DNA of 64,000 nt from Clostridia bacterium (GCA_045646365.1 JAZRKP010000010.1:42820-106819); one strand, 5' to 3'. Counted from the stretch's first letter, positions 29,101 through 38,883 are shown. A program made the numbers and translations. The notes: generated by a model from the letters alone, not told the origin.

Positions 29101-30407
29101 GTCTTGCTAAAAAGTATTATGAGAAAAAAGGCGTAAACGCTCCTCTTGCAGAAATTAAGCGTGTTTCAAGGGGAATGGAAAATGTTAAGAATACAACGGG
29201 ACAGCACCCGGGCGGTGTTATAGTTTGCCCGAAAACTATGGATATCCACGATTTCTGCCCGGTCCAGCACCCTGCGGATAAGAAAGAGTCGGGAATTATA
29301 ACAACCCATTTTGACTTCCATTCAATCCACGATAATTTGCTGAAACTGGATATTCTCGGTCACGATGACCCATCAACAATCCGTATGCTTGAGGATTTGA
29401 CGGGAGTTAATGCCCTTGAAATTCCACTTGATGATAAAACAACAATGAGTATTTTCTCAAGCACAGACGCAATCGGCGTAACACCGGAACAGATTGACAG
29501 TAAGGTTGGGACATTCGGTATTCCTGAATTTGGAACATCTTTTACAAGACAAATGCTTCTCGATACCTTGCCAACAACATTTTACGAGCTTGTAATCATC
29601 GCAGGTCTTTCTCACGGAACAGATGTGTGGCTTAATAATGCTCAGGATTTGGTAAGACAGGGAACGGCAACTCTTTCTGAAGTTATCGGTCTTCGTGACG
29701 ATATTATGACATACTTGATTTTGCACGGTCTCCAGCCGAAAATGGCGTTTACTATAATGGAGTTTGTCCGAAAAGGACGAGCGGCAAAAGAGGGACTGCC
29801 GAAGGAATATGAAGATGCTATGATTGAGAATAATGTTCCGTCCTGGTATATTGAGTCCTGTAAGAAAATTAAGTATATGTTCCCGAAAGCCCACGCGGCT
29901 GCGTATGTTATGATGGGATTCAGAGTTGCATATTTTAAAGTGCATTATCCGATTGAGTTCTATATTGCATATTTCACAGTAAGAGCCGATTTGTTTGATG
30001 CGGCAATTATGGCAAAGGGCGATACGCTTCTGGTTGCGGAAATGCAGAAATTAAAGCACGCTCAAAACCTTTCTGCAACGGAAAAAAGCTTGTTCACTAT
30101 TATGGAGCTTGTTCACGAAATGTATCAGAGAGGGATTGAGTTCCTGCCCGTTGATATTTACGAATCCCACGCCAGCAAATTCAGAAAGGTTGACGGAAAA
30201 ATTCTTCCGCCCCTTAACGCCTTTGCAGGAGTTGGAACTGCGGCGGCGGAGAGCATAATGGAGGCTCGGAAGGACGGCCCGTTTGTTTCAAGAGAGGACC
30301 TTAAAAACCGTGCAAAAGTAAATAAAAGTGTTATGGAAACACTTGCGGAAAACGGATGCCTCGATGGGCTCCCTGAAACAAGCCAGATTTCACTTTTTGA
30401 AATGTAG
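26133..30407 (+). CDS. polC: DNA polymerase III PolC-type alpha subunit
   Basis: 1424 aa, with a PHP domain (VELHLHTKMS), an inserted DEDD exonuclease (VVFDLETTGL...HRAVDDA) and a Zn finger (CPHYICHNCKH...CPECG). Confidence 0.95.
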   Translation: MATLLDLFDKVPVVESFAKVLENAEITDANLNVKNNKVAVKLKSQTLIDADELFSFIDIAKNKYSLNDCTVDIVYENMEFTESYGENLVKRLCRAVPSCRIFLNGAKAELDGDTILIKGIHGGTEILKSSDCERVIAQIANGELGGEFTGKFLCAEFDREAHILEQEKITEEKAKAAQTFVVQKSEVVSKKPVLASGHIFGIPIKEQKITPIIDVLPDTGITVIAGEIIDCEIRELQKGGKPTGNVVADFDLGDKNWAVPCHIFSKAEKFKNAMDNLKPGNFLKVRGEYKMDDYAHENKFNVLSMELLEKPAPRVDEAEVKRVELHLHTKMSAKDAMTSAGDLISRAASWGHSAIAITDHGVAQAFPEAQNTAGKLAKSGKNIKILYGTEGYFVNDVPIWKNNTYKGGTYVVFDLETTGLDPKCEKITEIGAVKIENGVITKTFSALVNPMKPIPPNITELTGISDDMVKDCPDISNAMPKFLEFCGNAIAVAHNAKFDTSFVKAECEKLGLEFNNETMDTVELSKEMFPDEKKHNLAVLSERLNISLENHHRAVDDATATAEAFIKMMDMKEEKENQGDYFDIKSKPEFLKQPYYHIIILAKNMTGIKNLYRLISKSNLEYFYKRPRIPKSELMAHRDGLIIGSACEMGEVYRAIREGKSEAEIEAIASFYDYLEIQPLGNNDFMLRSGLVSSEEELKDINRRIVALGEKLGKKVVATCDVHFMDPGDALYRQVLQGAQGYSDADMQAPLYLRTTEEMLAEFEYLGEEKAYEIVVKNTNEIADSIENLKPLRSGSYPPSIENCEEDLDRMCREKAYEVYGNPLPPIVKARMDRELGCILGYGYAVMYMIAHKLVKKSNEAGYLVGSRGSVGSSFAAFLSGITEVNALCPHYICHNCKHSEFFENGEYTIGIDMPDKICPECGQKMKKDGFNIPFETFLGFEGDKVPDIDLNFSGEYQATAHKYVEELFGEGYVFKAGTIGTIADKTAIGLAKKYYEKKGVNAPLAEIKRVSRGMENVKNTTGQHPGGVIVCPKTMDIHDFCPVQHPADKKESGIITTHFDFHSIHDNLLKLDILGHDDPSTIRMLEDLTGVNALEIPLDDKTTMSIFSSTDAIGVTPEQIDSKVGTFGIPEFGTSFTRQMLLDTLPTTFYELVIIAGLSHGTDVWLNNAQDLVRQGTATLSEVIGLRDDIMTYLILHGLQPKMAFTIMEFVRKGRAAKEGLPKEYEDAMIENNVPSWYIESCKKIKYMFPKAHAAAYVMMGFRVAYFKVHYPIEFYIAYFTVRADLFDAAIMAKGDTLLVAEMQKLKHAQNLSATEKSLFTIMELVHEMYQRGIEFLPVDIYESHASKFRKVDGKILPPLNAFAGVGTAAAESIMEARKDGPFVSREDLKNRAKVNKSVMETLAENGCLDGLPETSQISLFEM

Positions 30408-30410
30408 AAT

Positions 30411-30440
30411 AAAAAATCCTGCCTCCTGGCAGGATTTTTT
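30411..30440 (+). terminator. Rho-independent terminator of polC
   Basis: aaaaatcctgcc tcct ggcaggattttt. Confidence 0.8.
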
Positions 30441-30475
30441 AGAAAAACGAATTTGTTTTAACTGAAAAAGGAGAA

Positions 30476-30512
30476 AAGAAAAACCTCTCAAACCTTATGG
30501 TTGAGAGGTTTC
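30476..30512 (-). terminator. Terminator of tRNA-Arg
   Basis: aaacctctcaa...ttgagaggttt, with a U-run on the minus strand. Confidence 0.65.
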
Positions 30513-30518
30513 TGAAGT

Positions 30519-30595
30519 TGGTACGCCGGAAGGGATTCGAACCCCCGACCTTTTGGTTCGTAGCCAAACACTCTATCCAGCTGAGCTACCGGCGC
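30519..30595 (-). tRNA. tRNA-Arg (anticodon ACG), CCA encoded
   Basis: The reverse complement reads GCGCCGGTAGCTCAGCTGGATAGAGTGTTTGGCTACGAACCAAAAGGTCGGGGGTTCGAATCCCTTCCGGCGTACCA. Confidence 0.95.
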
Positions 30596-30610
30596 TTAAC
30601 TAACTATGAC

Positions 30611-30639
30611 ATTATATCACAGTTTTCCCGATTTGGCAA
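30611..30639 (-). promoter_or_regulatory. Sigma-A promoter of tRNA-Arg
   Basis: On the minus strand: TTGCCA, a 17-nt spacer, then TATAAT with the TGTGA extension. Confidence 0.6.
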
Positions 30640-30668
30640 GGGGTTTTTGAAAAAAATATCAAATTTTT

Positions 30669-32606
30669 TTATTTTAGTCCTTCGACTTCGTCTATCCATA
30701 CAGAAAATGATGCATCGGATGGCATTTTTAAGTCGCCTCTTGGTGAAATTCCAATACTTCCGATTTTCATTCCGCCCGGCACGCAGTCTCTTTTGAACTG
30801 CTGGGTGAAGAATCTTCTGTAAAAGCTTTTCAGATATTTCAAAATTATCTCTTCTGAATACTCGTCCGCAAATGCAATTTTTGCAAGGTCATATATTTTT
30901 GCAGGAGAAAAACCGAAGCGGAGAGAATTATATATGAAGAAATCGTGTAAAACATAAGGACCGATAATACTTTCTGTTTCCTGAGCAATCTTTCCTGATT
31001 TATCAGGAGGAAGAAGTTCGGGGCTTATGGGTGTTGCGATTATATCTTTAAGAACTGTTCCTGAGTTCGGGAAAATTCCTTCTTCAACAAGGCTTTCTAA
31101 AATATGCGGAATAAGGGTTTTCGGGACACCTGAATTAACGCCATACATACTCATATGGTCACCGTTATAGGTGCACCAGCCAAGTGCCATTTCGCTCAAA
31201 TCACCTGTACCAACAACGATTCCGCCAACAATCCCTGAAAAATCCATAAGGACCTGGGTTCGCTCTCTTGCCTGAGAGTTTTCGTAGGTCAAATCATAGT
31301 TGTTTTCGTCCTGACCAATATCCTTGAAGTGACCGAGGCAAGCGTTCTTTATATTTATCTCCTTTGCAGTTACTCCCAGAGATTTCATAAGCTCAAGGGA
31401 ATTGTTATATGTTCGGTCGGAAGTGCCAAAGCATGGCATTGTGATACCGAAAACATTTTCTGTTGGGAGATTAAGTTCCTTTATTGCTTCGACGCAAACC
31501 AAAAGGGCAAGAGTTGAATCCAGTCCGCCTGAAATACCAATAACAGCTTTTCCGCCTGTTATAGAAAGGCGTTTTTTAAGACCGTTAACCTGTGTTCTGA
31601 ATATCTCAAGAGCACGGCTTTTTCTTTCTGCCATATCACAGGGAATGAACGGTGTTTTACTGATTTTCAGCATTTCGCCATTGGAGTTTGGGGTTGGGAT
31701 TTTGGCGTCAACAACTCTTACATCCTTACCAAAATCACAGAAATTCCTGAAATTAGCTGATTTGAATCGGTCCGCTCTGATTTTTTCTACATCAATATCA
31801 GTTATAACAAGGCTATTTTCGCAAGGGAGATTTTTGTTTTCTGCTAAAATCTGTCCTCTTTCGGCAATGATAGCTTGTCCTGAAAATACCATATCCGTTG
31901 TTGATTCACTTGCTCCTGCTGAAACATATGCATAGCCTGAAAATGTTTTTGCGGATTGCTCCAAAACTGTACGACGGCATTTTTCTGATGATGAAACAAG
32001 CTGAGGGTGGGCAGAGCAGTTTAATATAATTTCCGCACCGCCAAGGGATAATGGGGTACTGACAGATATAGGAGCGGATAAGTCTGTTCCTATTTCAACA
32101 GCTATTTTCGCAATTCCACCCAAATCAAAGATTAAGTCGTTTCCAACAGGAATTTCATATTCATCTTTAATTCCCAACTGGTTTGAAGAAATATATTCGG
32201 TACACAAGTCAAGGGCAGAAGAGAACAGTCTGCTTTCGGCGTGGTCCAGGTATGTTTTGGGGATAATTCCAAGGATTTTCCCGCAGGAGATAACTACTCC
32301 GCAGTCGAAAAGTTTGCCGTCTATAGAAAGAGGAGCACCTGCAACAACTGTGATTTCTTTCTCAAGAGTCAGGGTTAAAAGCCTTGAAATTGATTTTCTG
32401 GTTGCGGAAAGCAATGAAGTTTGAAAGAATAGGTCTCCGCAGGTATAACCGCTCAAGGAAAGTTCGGGGAAGAGGACAATGTCTGCACCCTTTTCCTTTG
32501 CCTCTGTAATTTTTTCTTCAATTCTTTTGAAATTCTGCATAGGGTTGCCAACCGTCACAGTGGGAACGGCACAGGCGAGTCGTATAATTCCCTGCATAAA
32601 ATTCAC
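30669..32606 (-). CDS. nadE: Glutamine-dependent NAD+ synthetase
   Basis: N-terminal CN-hydrolase domain (FPELSLSGY) plus an NAD-synthase PP-loop (GISGGLDSTLALLV). Confidence 0.9.
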   Translation of the reverse strand: MNFMQGIIRLACAVPTVTVGNPMQNFKRIEEKITEAKEKGADIVLFPELSLSGYTCGDLFFQTSLLSATRKSISRLLTLTLEKEITVVAGAPLSIDGKLFDCGVVISCGKILGIIPKTYLDHAESRLFSSALDLCTEYISSNQLGIKDEYEIPVGNDLIFDLGGIAKIAVEIGTDLSAPISVSTPLSLGGAEIILNCSAHPQLVSSSEKCRRTVLEQSAKTFSGYAYVSAGASESTTDMVFSGQAIIAERGQILAENKNLPCENSLVITDIDVEKIRADRFKSANFRNFCDFGKDVRVVDAKIPTPNSNGEMLKISKTPFIPCDMAERKSRALEIFRTQVNGLKKRLSITGGKAVIGISGGLDSTLALLVCVEAIKELNLPTENVFGITMPCFGTSDRTYNNSLELMKSLGVTAKEINIKNACLGHFKDIGQDENNYDLTYENSQARERTQVLMDFSGIVGGIVVGTGDLSEMALGWCTYNGDHMSMYGVNSGVPKTLIPHILESLVEEGIFPNSGTVLKDIIATPISPELLPPDKSGKIAQETESIIGPYVLHDFFIYNSLRFGFSPAKIYDLAKIAFADEYSEEIILKYLKSFYRRFFTQQFKRDCVPGGMKIGSIGISPRGDLKMPSDASFSVWIDEVEGLK

Positions 32607-32620
32607 TCCTTAATAATTTT

Positions 32621-33523
32621 TTAACGGATAACCGTGTCTAAAAGTCTTAATATAGAATCTTTTTCAGCCAATCTTTCTGAAAAAGCTGTTGCAGAGCCTG
32701 CGCAAACGGCAAGGTGAAGTGCGTCAACTATCCCCTGTCCGTCATTGATTGCTGCAATAAAGCCTGCAACCATAGAATCCCCTGAACCGACAGTATTTAT
32801 AACATTTCCTTCAGGGGCGTTCATTTCATAAGCCTCGTTTTCAGTAACCAGAACAGCACCTTGTCCGCCCATAGAAACCAGAACATTTTCAGCTCCCGAT
32901 TCACAGAGCTTTCGGGCGTAGAAAACTGCATCTGTTTTAACGGCGATTTTAACACCGAAAATATCGCTAAGCTCGTCTATGTTTGGTTTTATGAGGAATG
33001 GTCGGCATTTAAGAGTGTTTTTAAGCGCCGCACCTGTGGAATCCACAACAGTTTTAACTCCCTCAGGAAGACGAGTCATAATATCCATATATATTGTGTG
33101 GGAAAGGCTTTTCGGAACACTTCCTGAAAGAACGAGGATATCGTCTTTAGTAAGGGCGGAAAGCTTGGTATATAATTCATTGAGAGCGGTGGATGAGATT
33201 TGCGGTCCTTCACCGTTAAGCTCTGTTTCTTCCCCGTTTTTAATTTTCACATTTATTCTGGAATTCTGTCCGGGCAGGTTAATGAAATCACAGTCACAGC
33301 CTGCTTCCTGTGCCATTCTTATAATTTCAGCACCCGTAAAACCGCCGGCAAACCCAAACGCCTTATTTTCAACACCTAAGGTTTTGAGGACGGCGGAGAC
33401 ATTAAGACCTTTTCCCCCGAATGTGACAGAGGAGGAGTTGGCTTTGTTAAGAGTTCCTGTTCTGAAATTTTCAACCTCGACAAGATAATCAAGAGCGGGA
33501 TTTAAAGTTACTGTATAAATCAT
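32621..33523 (-). CDS. pfkB: 1-phosphofructokinase (PfkB family)
   Basis: MIYTVTLNPALDY, GGKGLNVS, and the C-terminal GSGDSMVAGF motif. Confidence 0.8.
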   Translation of the reverse strand: MIYTVTLNPALDYLVEVENFRTGTLNKANSSSVTFGGKGLNVSAVLKTLGVENKAFGFAGGFTGAEIIRMAQEAGCDCDFINLPGQNSRINVKIKNGEETELNGEGPQISSTALNELYTKLSALTKDDILVLSGSVPKSLSHTIYMDIMTRLPEGVKTVVDSTGAALKNTLKCRPFLIKPNIDELSDIFGVKIAVKTDAVFYARKLCESGAENVLVSMGGQGAVLVTENEAYEMNAPEGNVINTVGSGDSMVAGFIAAINDGQGIVDALHLAVCAGSATAFSERLAEKDSILRLLDTVIR

Positions 33524-34377
33524 AGTTTTTTCTCCAGTTTCAGATATATTTCGTATACTTCCCGTTTGGGCATATCCAGAGCGGAAGCGACCGCTTTAAC
33601 AAGGTCTTTGCCGTATAAAGTATCGCTTGCCATAGAATTTAAAAGCTCTTCGGGGGTGGGGAGATTTTCTTTCTCTTCCATAAGCATTTTCTCTTTGTCT
33701 GCTCCCTCAACAATCAAAACAAATTCACCTTTTGGCGGGGTGGAGTTAAAATGGCTGATTGCCTCGGAAATGTCACACCTCAAAATCTCCTCAAACTTCT
33801 TCGTCAGTTCACGGCACACGGCGATTTTTCTGTTACCGAGAGCGGTTTGTAAATCCGACAGAGTTCCTGTAAGCTTATGAGGTGCTTCGTAAAAAATCAA
33901 TGTTTCCGTGTGGGTTTTTATTTCGTTTAAATGGGCGTTTCGTTCCTTTTTGTTAACGGATAAGAAACCCTGGAACGAGAAGCGTCGTCCTGAAATTCCG
34001 CTTGAAACCAATGCGGTTGTAAATGCAGTAGGTCCGCAGGCGGTTACGATTTCAATATCATTTTCAATGCAAAGGCGGACTAAATCTTCGCCCGGGTCAG
34101 ATATAACGGGCATCCCCGCATCTGAAACCAGTGCAATATTTTTTCCGTCTTTTAAATGTTTTATAAGTTCTTCACCTTTTTGCATTTTGTTATGCTCGTG
34201 GTAGCTTACTAAAGGTGCTTTTATATCGAAATGGTTTAAAAGCTTAATTGTGTTTCTTGTGTCCTCGGCGGCAATCATATCAACGGATTTCAGGATTTCA
34301 AGGACACGGAGCGTTATATCCCCCAGATTACCTATGGGAGTTCCGCAGATGAAAAGTGTTCCGCTCATTATTTGCAC
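33520..34377 (-). CDS. rsmI: 16S rRNA (cytidine1402-2'-O)-methyltransferase
   Basis: GTLFICGTPIGNLGDITLR, AEDTR and SDAGMPVISDPG. Confidence 0.85.
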   Translation of the reverse strand: MQIMSGTLFICGTPIGNLGDITLRVLEILKSVDMIAAEDTRNTIKLLNHFDIKAPLVSYHEHNKMQKGEELIKHLKDGKNIALVSDAGMPVISDPGEDLVRLCIENDIEIVTACGPTAFTTALVSSGISGRRFSFQGFLSVNKKERNAHLNEIKTHTETLIFYEAPHKLTGTLSDLQTALGNRKIAVCRELTKKFEEILRCDISEAISHFNSTPPKGEFVLIVEGADKEKMLMEEKENLPTPEELLNSMASDTLYGKDLVKAVASALDMPKREVYEIYLKLEKKL

Positions 34378-35108
34378 CTCCCGTAAATTTCATTTATTTC
34401 TTCGGTATAGTTACCGTTTTCGTCGTGAACATAAAGGGGTGGCTCTAAAAACAGTTTAGGGTTCCCCTGTCTTGCTCCCTCAACCATAATCATTGTTGCG
34501 GTTTTTGACGGAGAGGGGTGGACAAATCGAAGTCGTTTCGGTTCGATTTTATTACTTCGCATAAGGCATAAAATATCAGCAAGCCGTTCGGGGCGGTGAA
34601 TCATAGAAAGCTTACCGCCGGGCTTTAAAAGAGTTGCCGACGCTTTGATTATATCCTCAAGCGAGCAGAGAATTTCGTGTCTTGCTATGGTTAAATTATC
34701 AGTCTTGTTCTGTATACCGCCGTGGTTTTCCTTGTAGGGCGGATTGCAGGTTATATTATCAAAAACACTCTTTCCGAAAAGCTCAACACTGTTTTTCAAA
34801 TCACCGCAAACCATATCAATTCCGTGGTCAAGATTATTAAGAGTGACACTCCTTTTTGCCATTTCGGCAACTTCGGTTTGTATTTCAAGACCTGTTATAT
34901 GCTTTGCCTGAGTTTTTGCGGTAAGGAGAATGGGGATAATCCCGTTCCCTGAACAAAGGTCCAGAACAACAGCGTCTTTTTTTATGTTTTTTGCGGCAAA
35001 ATCCGAAAGCAGGACTGCATCAACCCCAAAACAGAACCAGTCAGGATTCTGAATGAGCTTAAGGTTTTTAATCTGCAAATCGTCAAGCCGTTCGTATGGG
35101 AAAATCAT
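34368..35108 (-). CDS. tRNA (adenine37-N6)-methyltransferase-like SAM methyltransferase (YabB/TrmN6 type)
   Basis: VLDLCSGNG and the NPPY motif (ITCNPPYKE). AGAGG lies 8 nt before the ATG at 35108, preferred over the listed 35141. Confidence 0.7.
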   Translation of the reverse strand: MIFPYERLDDLQIKNLKLIQNPDWFCFGVDAVLLSDFAAKNIKKDAVVLDLCSGNGIIPILLTAKTQAKHITGLEIQTEVAEMAKRSVTLNNLDHGIDMVCGDLKNSVELFGKSVFDNITCNPPYKENHGGIQNKTDNLTIARHEILCSLEDIIKASATLLKPGGKLSMIHRPERLADILCLMRSNKIEPKRLRFVHPSPSKTATMIMVEGARQGNPKLFLEPPLYVHDENGNYTEEINEIYGRCK

Positions 35109-35110
35109 AG

Positions 35111-35836
35111 TTACTGCCTCTTTTCCGTATCTGTTATCCACGGCTCAAGCCCTGTCTGAATCGCGTGCATAATTCTGGTCTTGAAGTGATGGTCGTCCTT
35201 GTTTTTCTCGTTGATAAAATCCTTCATATCCTGTCTTTTTGAAACACCGTCCATAGGACAGAGGTTTTTAACAACAGGTAATTGCGCACGGTTTACATAT
35301 CCCTTTATATCACCTTCAGGAACATAGATGAGAGGTCGTATGACATCAAGGTCTATTCTTGAAAGATAGGTGACGGGGGCGAAGCTGTTAAGCCGACCTT
35401 CGTAGAAGAGAGAAAGGAAGAAGGTTTCGATAACATCCTCGTTATGATGCCCCAAAGCAACCTTGTTACAACCCTCTTGTTTTGCAAGCTCATTAAGTGC
35501 ACCCCGGCGCATTTTTGAGCAGAGAGAACAAGGACTTGATTCCTTTCGTATATCAAAAATAATCTGACTTATTTCGGTCTTTTTAACAATATATGGCACA
35601 TCAAGGTCTTTGCAGAATTCTGCAATGGGGGAATAGTCCATTCCCTCAAAGCCCATATCAACGGTTATCGCAACCAGTGAAAAATCAATATTTGCAAATT
35701 TTCTGTACGCCGAAAGAGCGGATAAGAGGGCAAGGCTGTCCTTTCCGCCTGAAATCCCGACAGCAATTTTATCTCCGTCGGAAATCATATTATAATCGTC
35801 AATGGCTCTTCGCATATGGCTTAAGATGCGCTTCAT
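35111..35836 (-). CDS. ttcA: PP-loop ATPase, TtcA-family tRNA 2-thiocytidine biosynthesis protein
   Basis: SGGKDS PP-loop, CSLCSKMRRG and GHHNEDV. Confidence 0.75.
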   Translation of the reverse strand: MKRILSHMRRAIDDYNMISDGDKIAVGISGGKDSLALLSALSAYRKFANIDFSLVAITVDMGFEGMDYSPIAEFCKDLDVPYIVKKTEISQIIFDIRKESSPCSLCSKMRRGALNELAKQEGCNKVALGHHNEDVIETFFLSLFYEGRLNSFAPVTYLSRIDLDVIRPLIYVPEGDIKGYVNRAQLPVVKNLCPMDGVSKRQDMKDFINEKNKDDHHFKTRIMHAIQTGLEPWITDTEKRQ

Positions 35837-35837
35837 T

Positions 35838-36422
35838 TTACTTTGTCAATCCTTTCATCATTTCAGCAAGAGCACGGCTTCTGTGGCTGATTTGATTTTT
35901 AGTTTCGGGCGAAATTTCCGCCATAGACATATTACATTCAGGCACATAGAAAATCGGGTCATAACCAAACCCGTTCTCACCGTGGCGCTTAGTCATAATT
36001 CTGCCTTTACATTCACCGTAGAAAGTCTTTTCCTCACCGTCAGGGAAAACAACGGCGATTGAACAGGCAAAATGTGCATCTCTCTTTTCTTCAGGAACAC
36101 CGTCAAGAACAGACAAAAGCTTGTCTATGTTTTCGTCGTCTGTGGCGTTATCACCTGCATAACGGGCAGTGCGGACGCCGGGTTTTCCGTTAAGATAGTC
36201 AACGCAAATACCACTATCGTCTGCAATAGTAGGTAAATTCGTTATTTTCGCAACAGTTCTTGCCTTGATGAGAGCGTTCTCCTCAAAGGTATCGCCGTCC
36301 TCAATTATATCAATTCCACGGGCATCGGTTTCGTCCATAGTTATAATGGAAAATCCGTCGCCCAGAATATTTTCTATTTCGATGGCCTTGTGTTTATTTT
36401 GACTTGCCAATACAAATTTCAT
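35838..36422 (-). CDS. rdgB: Non-canonical purine NTP pyrophosphatase (XTP/dITP diphosphatase)
   Basis: LASQNKHK, ETGDTFEENA-like, DDSGICVDYLNGKPGVRTARY and GFGYDPIF. Confidence 0.85.
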   Translation of the reverse strand: MKFVLASQNKHKAIEIENILGDGFSIITMDETDARGIDIIEDGDTFEENALIKARTVAKITNLPTIADDSGICVDYLNGKPGVRTARYAGDNATDDENIDKLLSVLDGVPEEKRDAHFACSIAVVFPDGEEKTFYGECKGRIMTKRHGENGFGYDPIFYVPECNMSMAEISPETKNQISHRSRALAEMMKGLTK

Positions 36423-36483
36423 AAGATATCACTCTCCCAACTATACTTATACCACAAATTTTGGAAAATGTAAAGAATATATG

Positions 36484-36512
36484 TTGCAAAATTTTTAAAA
36501 GTGTGATATAAT
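36484..36512 (+). promoter_or_regulatory. Sigma-A promoter of the amino-acid ABC operon
   Basis: TTGCAA, a 17-nt spacer, then TATAAT with the TGTGA extension. Confidence 0.6.
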
Positions 36513-36552
36513 AATTTAAAATTTTGTGTAAAACACAAGGAGGTTTTTAAAA

Positions 36553-37305
36553 ATGAAAAAAATTATTGCATTACTTATGGTAGCTGTTATGGTATTTGCT
36601 ATTTGCGGATGCGCAAAGGAAGACGATAGCAACAAGCTCGTTATCGGTTACACAATCTATGAGCCGATGAACTATATGGAAGACGGAAAGCTTACAGGTT
36701 TTGATACAGAGTTTGCTGAAGCTGTTTGCGAAAAGCTCGGCCTTGAACCTGAATTCGTTGAAATCAACTGGGATACAAAGTTTGCAATCCTTGACTCTGA
36801 CCAGATTGACTGTATCTGGAACGGTATGACAATTTCTCCTGATGTTAAGAAGAACTGTCTCGTTTCAACACCTTATGTTAAGAACGCACAGGTTGTTGTT
36901 ATGGCAGAGGATATGATTGAAAAGTATGCTGATGCTGAGTCTATGAAAGACCTTAAGTTCACAGCTGAAGCTGGAAGTGCCGGTGAAAAGGCAATCAAGG
37001 ACAATGCACTTGACGGAAACTATGTTGCAACTGCAACTCAGCAGGATGCTCTTTTAGCAGTTAAGGGCGGACAGGCAGATGCTTGTGTTATTGACATAAC
37101 AATGGCTAAGACAATGACTGCTGACGGAACAAGCTATTCTGACTTTGGTTACTCCGTTGAACTTACAACAGAAGAATATGGTATCGGTTTCAGAACAGCT
37201 GATATTACACTCTGGAACGATGTTAATGCTTCTATTGAGGCTCTTAAGGCTGATGGAACTCTTGACAAGCTCGCTGAAAAGTACGGTCTTAACCTTGCTT
37301 TATAA
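36553..37305 (+). CDS. Amino-acid ABC transporter substrate-binding lipoprotein (family 3 SBP)
   Basis: Lipobox (FAICGC), GFDTEFAEAV and IDCIWNGMTI. Confidence 0.85.
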   Translation: MKKIIALLMVAVMVFAICGCAKEDDSNKLVIGYTIYEPMNYMEDGKLTGFDTEFAEAVCEKLGLEPEFVEINWDTKFAILDSDQIDCIWNGMTISPDVKKNCLVSTPYVKNAQVVVMAEDMIEKYADAESMKDLKFTAEAGSAGEKAIKDNALDGNYVATATQQDALLAVKGGQADACVIDITMAKTMTADGTSYSDFGYSVELTTEEYGIGFRTADITLWNDVNASIEALKADGTLDKLAEKYGLNLAL

Positions 37306-37337
37306 TTTATAGAATATTTTAGTTTACAGGTGTTAAT

Positions 37338-37985
37338 ATGTCGTTGCTGATTACTGTTACCAAAAGTCTCCTTGAGGGATTTGGGACAACTTTTGAAATA
37401 TTTTGTCTGACGCTCCTTATGGCGCTTCCTCTGGGACTTATTATCTCATTTGGGTCTATGAGCCGCTTTTCTGTTATAAAGTGGCCCATCAGAACTCTGA
37501 TATGGATTATAAGAGGAACTCCGCTTATGCTCCAGCTTATAATTTTCGGGTTTGGGCCCGGTCTTATCGGAATAAAAGGGGCAAACACATTTGTTGCAGT
37601 TATTGTGGCATTTGTTATAAATTATGCCTGCTATTTTTCCGAGATTTTCCGTGGCGGAATTGAGAGTATCCCGAAAGGTCAGTATGAGGCAGGTCAGGTT
37701 TTGGGCCTTACTAAGATGCAGACCTTTTTCAAGGTGGTTCTGATGCAGGTTGTAAAGCGTATTGTTCCGCCTATGAGTAACGAGTTTCTGACTCTTGTCA
37801 AGGACACTTCTCTTGCCAATACAATTATGGTTTATGAGATAATCTGGAACGCGAAAAGACTTGCGAATGGGGAAGGTATTTTGTGGCCGTTGTTTTATTC
37901 GGGCGTGTTCTATCTCCTCTTCTGCGGAATATTGACACTTATCTTTGGTTATATTGAAAAGAAATTGAATTATTACAGAGGTTAG
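37338..37985 (+). CDS. Amino-acid ABC transporter permease
   Basis: His/Glu/Gln/Arg-type permease with an EAA loop (YEAGQVLGLTKMQTFFKVVLMQ). Confidence 0.85.
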   Translation: MSLLITVTKSLLEGFGTTFEIFCLTLLMALPLGLIISFGSMSRFSVIKWPIRTLIWIIRGTPLMLQLIIFGFGPGLIGIKGANTFVAVIVAFVINYACYFSEIFRGGIESIPKGQYEAGQVLGLTKMQTFFKVVLMQVVKRIVPPMSNEFLTLVKDTSLANTIMVYEIIWNAKRLANGEGILWPLFYSGVFYLLFCGILTLIFGYIEKKLNYYRG

Positions 37986-37987
37986 TT

Positions 37988-38770
37988 ATGCCGATACTTG
38001 AACTTAAAAATATACATAAAAGCTTTGGCAAGGTCAAAGTTTTAAAAGGAATAGACCTCACCCTCGAAAAGGGACAGGTTATGTCAATAATCGGCTCGTC
38101 GGGAAGCGGAAAGACGACGCTTCTTCGGTGCGTGAATTTCCTTGAAATTGCGGATGCTGGTGAAATAATGGTTGACGGAAAAACTATTTTCCGTGCCGGC
38201 GAAAAGTTTTCTGCAAAGGAAATGCGTGAAAAACAGCTCCATTTCGGACTTGTTTTTCAGGATTTCAACCTTTTCCCTCAATACACGGTTTTGGAAAATG
38301 TTATGCTTGCTCCAAAGCTTCTGGCTAAGGACGAGTATAAAGGCGACCGCAAAAAGAAAAAGGAAATTTTTGAGGAAATCCGACAGAAAGCCGTTGAAAT
38401 TCTTGCCCGTGTGGGACTTTCAGACAAAGTCGATAACTATCCCTGTGAACTGTCGGGCGGACAGAAACAGCGTGTTTCAATCGCAAGAGCCTTGGCTCTC
38501 TCCCCCGAAATACTGTTTTTTGATGAGCCAACTTCGGCTCTTGACCCTGAACTTACAGGTGAAATCCTGAAAGTTATAAGAAAGCTTGCTTCGGAGAATA
38601 CTACAATGGTCATAGTTACTCACGAAATTGATTTCGCTGAAGCGGTAAGTGATAAAATCATCTTTATGGCGGACGGTGTAATCGAGGAGGAGGGAACTCC
38701 TGAAGAGGTTCTGAAGAACCCGAAAAGCGAAAGAACTCGTGCATTTTTAACAAAGCTTTCCGATAAATAA
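37988..38770 (+). CDS. Amino-acid ABC transporter ATP-binding protein
   Basis: Walker A GSSGSGKTT, signature LSGGQKQR and Walker B ILFFDEPTSALD. Confidence 0.9.
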   Translation: MPILELKNIHKSFGKVKVLKGIDLTLEKGQVMSIIGSSGSGKTTLLRCVNFLEIADAGEIMVDGKTIFRAGEKFSAKEMREKQLHFGLVFQDFNLFPQYTVLENVMLAPKLLAKDEYKGDRKKKKEIFEEIRQKAVEILARVGLSDKVDNYPCELSGGQKQRVSIARALALSPEILFFDEPTSALDPELTGEILKVIRKLASENTTMVIVTHEIDFAEAVSDKIIFMADGVIEEEGTPEEVLKNPKSERTRAFLTKLSDK

Positions 38771-38883
38771 TAAAAAACAGTTAAAATTTTAACAAATTTG
38801 CAAAAAAGACTTGTATAATTTGGAAAAATAGTGTAAAATAGAAATGTTGAAATTAAAAATATATTTTTTGGAGGTATTTCAAA

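Noticed and set aside
38780-38793. The perfect 14-bp AT-rich palindrome GTTAAAATTTTAAC upstream of gap, considered as a Rex/CggR/CcpA-type operator
   Set aside because: It does not match the Rex (TTGTGAA-N4-TTCACAA) or cre (TGWAANCGNTNWCA) consensus. A/T palindromes of this length are common by chance in AT-rich spacers.
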